Shown one piece after another: positions 59,989 through 64,000 of a DNA stretch of 64,000 nucleotides. This DNA comes from Heteronotia binoei (lineage: Eukaryota): the NCBI RefSeq assembly GCF_032191835.1, contig NC_083237.1, forward strand, positions 8,618,001 through 8,682,000. Direction: 5' to 3'. The notes below the pieces were generated by a model. The model was given only the letters and a program-made list of their open reading frames with translations. It did not search any database and was not told where the DNA came from. The stretch's first letter is position 1. Every line of letters begins with the position of its first letter. The translations under genes and the position numbers were made by a program.

Positions 59989-61569
59989 ACACCAGGCACG
60001 TGCTTAGCGAGGAACAAAATATTAAAACGTAAACAACGTAAGGTAAAGGCCCTAACCAGTCGCATAACAGGAACCGATTTAGAGGTCAGGGTATTAATCA
60101 CATGAACTACAGCCATATTGTCGCATCAAAAGTGCACGACGTGGTTGGCTAAGTCCCCACCCCATAACTGAACTGCCACAACTATTGGGAAAAATTCCAA
60201 AAAGGTCAAGTTACGACAAAGGTCACTGTCCAGCCATTCGGCGGGCCAACTCTCCATGCACCAATGCCCGCGGAAATAGACCCCGAAACCAATCGAGCCG
60301 GCGGCGTCTGACATGATCTGAAGATTAGCTTCGATCCTCATATCCTCGTGCCAAAAGGACACCCCGTTAAAGTCAGACAAAAAATGCTCCCAGACCTCAA
60401 AGTCTTGCCTCATTCCCCAGCTGATCCTAACCCGATGATGGGGCATACGCAACGCTCCCATAGCGTCGCACAGTCGTCGTAAAAACACCCTCCCCGGGGC
60501 CACCACTTTGCACGCAAAGTTGAGGTGGCCCACAATCTGCTGTAGTTCCAGTAGTGAAATCTTACACTTACCTTTCACCACTACCAGCTTCTGCCGTAAA
60601 CAGTCAATCTTTTCAGCCGGCAACCAGGAGGCCTGCCGCACTGTGTCCAACTCGATGCCCAAAAAGGTCAAAACAAGGGCCAGGCCCTCCGTTCTTTTCG
60701 TGGGCGAGTGAGACACCCAGGTCCTCAGCCAACCGCAAAAAGGAGTGGAGCAGCCGGGCACATTGTCCTGACCCCTGTGGGCCCACAAACAAAAAATCAT
60801 CCAAATAATGGATGGTATTGGCGGAACCCACCCGCTCATGCAGGGCCCATTCCAAAAAAGTGCTAAAGCGTTCAAAAGGGGAACAAGAAATAGCACACCC
60901 CATCGGCAAAGCCTGGTCCATGTAGAACCTCCCTTCAAACATAAAGCCGAGGAGTTCAAAATCATCTGGGTGAACCGGCAACAGGCGAAACGCAGACTTA
61001 ATGTCGCTTTTCGCCATTTCAGCCCCGATTCCACAACTCCGGACGACTTTGACAGCCTGATCAAAGGAGGTATACCGGACTGTACACAAGAAGTCTGGAA
61101 TAGCATCGTTCACAGACCCACCTTTTGGATAGGACAGGTGGTGGATCAACCGGAACTCCCCAGGTGCCTTTTTAGGCACTACTCCTAAAGGAGATACCCG
61201 CAAGTTGGGAACTGGGGGTGAGTCAAAAGGGCCTAAAACCCGGCCCTCCTTGCACTCTTTACCGATCTTTTCCTTAACCACCTGCTCCATCCCCCTAATA
61301 GACTGTAAATTCTTAGCCATACAGGGTCCTCTAGGACCCTGGAATGGAATGCGAAAACCATAAAGAAAACCCTCCAACAAATATTCCCTATCACCTACTC
61401 TAGGATAGCCAGCCAAAAGGTTCCTAAGAACCCTCACCTTGATGGGGCTGGGACCCCTTGTTAGCAGCCTGGGTATTCCCGCCCCCACCTGACCACTTTC
61501 CCCCCACCCGGGGTTTGGACCTGTTGCATGTCGACAGTGCTTGTGAACCTCCGCACAATGGACACTCAT
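59850..61569 (-). pseudogene. Ngaro RT/RNase H ORF, disrupted
   Basis: SPLGVVPKK, FRLIHHLS, DIKSAF, LPMG, YLDDFL, FLGIELD, SDAAG, LEFFPI, CDNMAVV, ADTLSR; +1 frameshift near 60690; TGA at 60126-60128 in place of W, and a second stop near 59940. Confidence 0.92.
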
Positions 61570-62961
61570 GCTTGTATTTACACGTTTTCCGGTTACATAC
61601 CCCCTGGGACGTGTATTCCCAACACAGAAGCCGGGGTTGAACCGACTGCCCCACTGCTGTGCGGGGACCCGACATGCCCGCCTGTTTACTCACAAGGTGA
61701 CCACTGTCGGACCTGTCCCCCACGTTGGGCTTCACAGGGGAAATAAGCTGCAGCCAAAGCTGCTGGTTGATTTGGTCCCAGGGGATTGTGGGGTTCAGCA
61801 CTGCCCTCATTCGGAACTCCTTGTCGTACTGCAGCCAAGCTGCGCCCGAGAAGTCCGTATATGCCTTATACACAATATCGCAATACTGGAATAGCAGTGC
61901 CGCCCATAAAGGCTGTGCTTGCACTATCACCCCAGCAAAAATGAGGAACCCTGGTAACCAATTGGCCCAATTCCTTTCAACCTTTCTGTGCTTAATTTTT
62001 TCCTTGTCCTTTTCGTCCAATTCGTCCTTATCCTTCATTTCAAGTTCCCTATAAAGAAGGCTGAAAACATCGACATATTCCCCGTGCAGAATCTTTTCTC
62101 TCGTATCCGCCGTCCGGTGATCCCCCAACGGCATGGCCATGTCGCCAAAAGGGCAGCACTGGAAAGGTACTGACCCAAAGGGGGTCGGGGACCAACCCCC
62201 CCACTGGGTGGCAGGCCACCCAGAGGCCACCCAGAGGGCCATTGACTACCCCATTGATGCCCCCATGGCAGAGATCCACTGGGAGACTGTTGACTCATGA
62301 CCCCCTGGGATGTGAAAGGGGTGCTGGCCGTTGTGGAGACCTGTGCAGGGCCCCAAGGCAGGATCTGTCCCTGCCCGCATGGGCCCCAGCCACAAGCTGC
62401 CCCCGGCGAACCCAAAAACCCCCCTATTGCTCCCGGGCCTAACATAGATGAAGAAACAGCTGATCCAGGCGGATAGAGGGGGCCCCAACCACCCCACAGC
62501 CAAACGCCAGAGTTGCCCGGCCTACCTTGCTCACCATCAGAGTCATCCATGCCAACTGCCACTACAATAGGCGCTAAACCGCTGCCTCTATCCAAACAAG
62601 CAGGCCCTTCCAGGGGGTTACCTTCTTCCTCCGAATCCATGTTGGTATCAGGGGGATCATGGCTGGGCCTGCCGGAAGGGCCCGGCTGGGCCGACATGTC
62701 CTGCAAGGTAGAAAGGCGAGCCAGGGCCTCCTGTTCGAAGGCCTTGGTAGACAACCGCACAGCTTTGCATCCCCGCACCAGCCCAGTTGCCCCGGAAGCC
62801 AATTCCTGCTGCCGCTCTAAGGCAGCAAGCCTATCCACTATGGCCTGCCTAGTGCGGGCCTCCTCGTCTTCACCAGGGCAACTTGCAGGAACTGGCCTTT
62901 TGGGTGCAGTCTTCACAGGCTGCTTGCCCTTTGAATTTCCTTGGCCCTTCTTGGGAGCCAT
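61424..62961 (-). pseudogene. Ngaro gag-like ORF1, split into two frames near 62200
   Basis: MAPKK basic N-terminus; PLGDH..REKI.GEYVD.FSLL; C-terminal CWEY...C...C.Y.H.C..CGG zinc-finger cluster; overlaps the RT ORF start. Confidence 0.85.
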
Positions 62962-63496
62962 GTCCAGGAGCCCACTGCGTAAAAAAACCCAGGGGGGGCA
63001 CCCCCACCCGCTCTTGATCCGCTAAGGCTAGGGCCCCACCCCTGGGGGCTGCTTCCCACGGAGGCCGCTCCCTCTGGCCGGCCGAAAGCACACTAAACAG
63101 GGATTGGGGGGGGGAATATGCCCATGAAGAGGGTGGGCGCATAAAGGCCTGCTGCCTCCTATCGAGCGCTCTACCCTCACACCTATCGAGGATGCCCGCC
63201 CTGTACAACGCGCTCCCTCGTGGTTCCTAGGCAAGGCAGGGATTGGGAGGGGGAGGGGGGGGAATATGCCCCAGTGGAGGGTAGGCGTGTGAAGGCCTGC
63301 CGCCTCCCCTCGAGCGCGCCGCCCTCGCTCCTGTCGGGGACGCCGACCCAGACAACGCGCTCCCCGGTCCACAATCCAGAGGTGAAGCGATCATCCCAGG
63401 GACGCCAAAGCCCGATCAGTGACTTCCTCAGTTGCCGCCGCCATCGAGCAGGCCCCGCCGCAGGCTGCCTCAAGGAGCCACACACCTCTCCGCTTC

Positions 63497-63670
63497 CCAA
63501 AACCACTGGCAAAGTGCATAGCTCCGGGCGTGGCCAGGCTTATAAAGCCCCAGGCCACGCCCAGCAACATCCCTGGATGGATGGAGGACCATTTGCCTCG
63601 GCTCCATCCAGAGAGGCAAACGCGGCCCCTGCCCTATGCCGCCGAACGTCACCAGCGGGAAGGGGCCGGA
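63497..63670 (-). repeat. Ngaro repeat A1 (5' terminus)
   Basis: Minus strand starts TCCGGCCCCTTCCCGC; homologous to 58206-58383. Confidence 0.9.
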
Positions 63671-64000
63671 TTATAAAAACAATAGGACCAAATTTGCTAA
63701 AGTCCCCCCTCCCCCAGTTTCTATTGGACCAAGAGGATGATTTTACAGACTCCAAAGTGGATGCATCCCAGTACACACCCAGTGCCCTCTACCAGTTCCT
63801 AAAATGATGGACAAGCAGCAGCTAAGCAGACAAGCTCTGGCTGGCTATAGCATTAAACACGCACACACACACACACACACACATATACAAATCTTGTCTA
63901 CCTACTCTTACAGGGACTGACTTCCAGTAAAAATTCCTGATGGTTCCACTCAAAGCTCTGCATTTGCCATCTTGTTTTTTGACCTGTTTGTTTCCTTTTT

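Larger units (their letters stand above)
57651..63670 (-). mobile_element. Ngaro-type (DIRS order) tyrosine-recombinase retrotransposon, decayed, 6020 bp
   Basis: Split direct repeats A1-ORFs-B1-A2-B2, gag zinc finger, RT (YLDD), RNase H, YR remnants and an SGNH ORF; no TSD. Confidence 0.93.

Overview
Vertebrate (squamate, probably gecko; inferred from its SINE/LINE/MITE repertoire) genomic DNA carrying a tandem + strand cluster of vomeronasal type-2 receptor (V2R, class C GPCR) genes. Gene A is partial (exons 3-6, 3345-8481). Genes B (16154-24488, 875 aa) and C (30602-43634, 874 aa) are apparently intact six-exon genes. Gene D (45947-57342) is a recent pseudogene with two lesions confined to exon 3. 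Three extra dead exon-6 copies lie at 10.8, 41.2 and 44.85 kb. Introns and spacers are packed with CR1, L2 and other LINE fragments, tRNA- and 5S-derived SINEs, hAT/Harbinger-type MITEs and solo LTRs, often nested with readable target-site duplications. The most notable element is a decayed ~6.0 kb Ngaro-type tyrosine-recombinase retrotransposon (57651-63670, minus strand). It has A1-ORFs-B1-A2-B2 split direct repeats, gag, RT/RNase H, an internally deleted recombinase and an extra SGNH-hydrolase ORF preceded by a splice-acceptor-like signal. A related solo A-B terminal unit lies at 47064-47807. There is one assembly gap (25988-26160). Exon boundaries, repeats and mismatch counts were read by eye; family names rest on motif recognition, not database searches.
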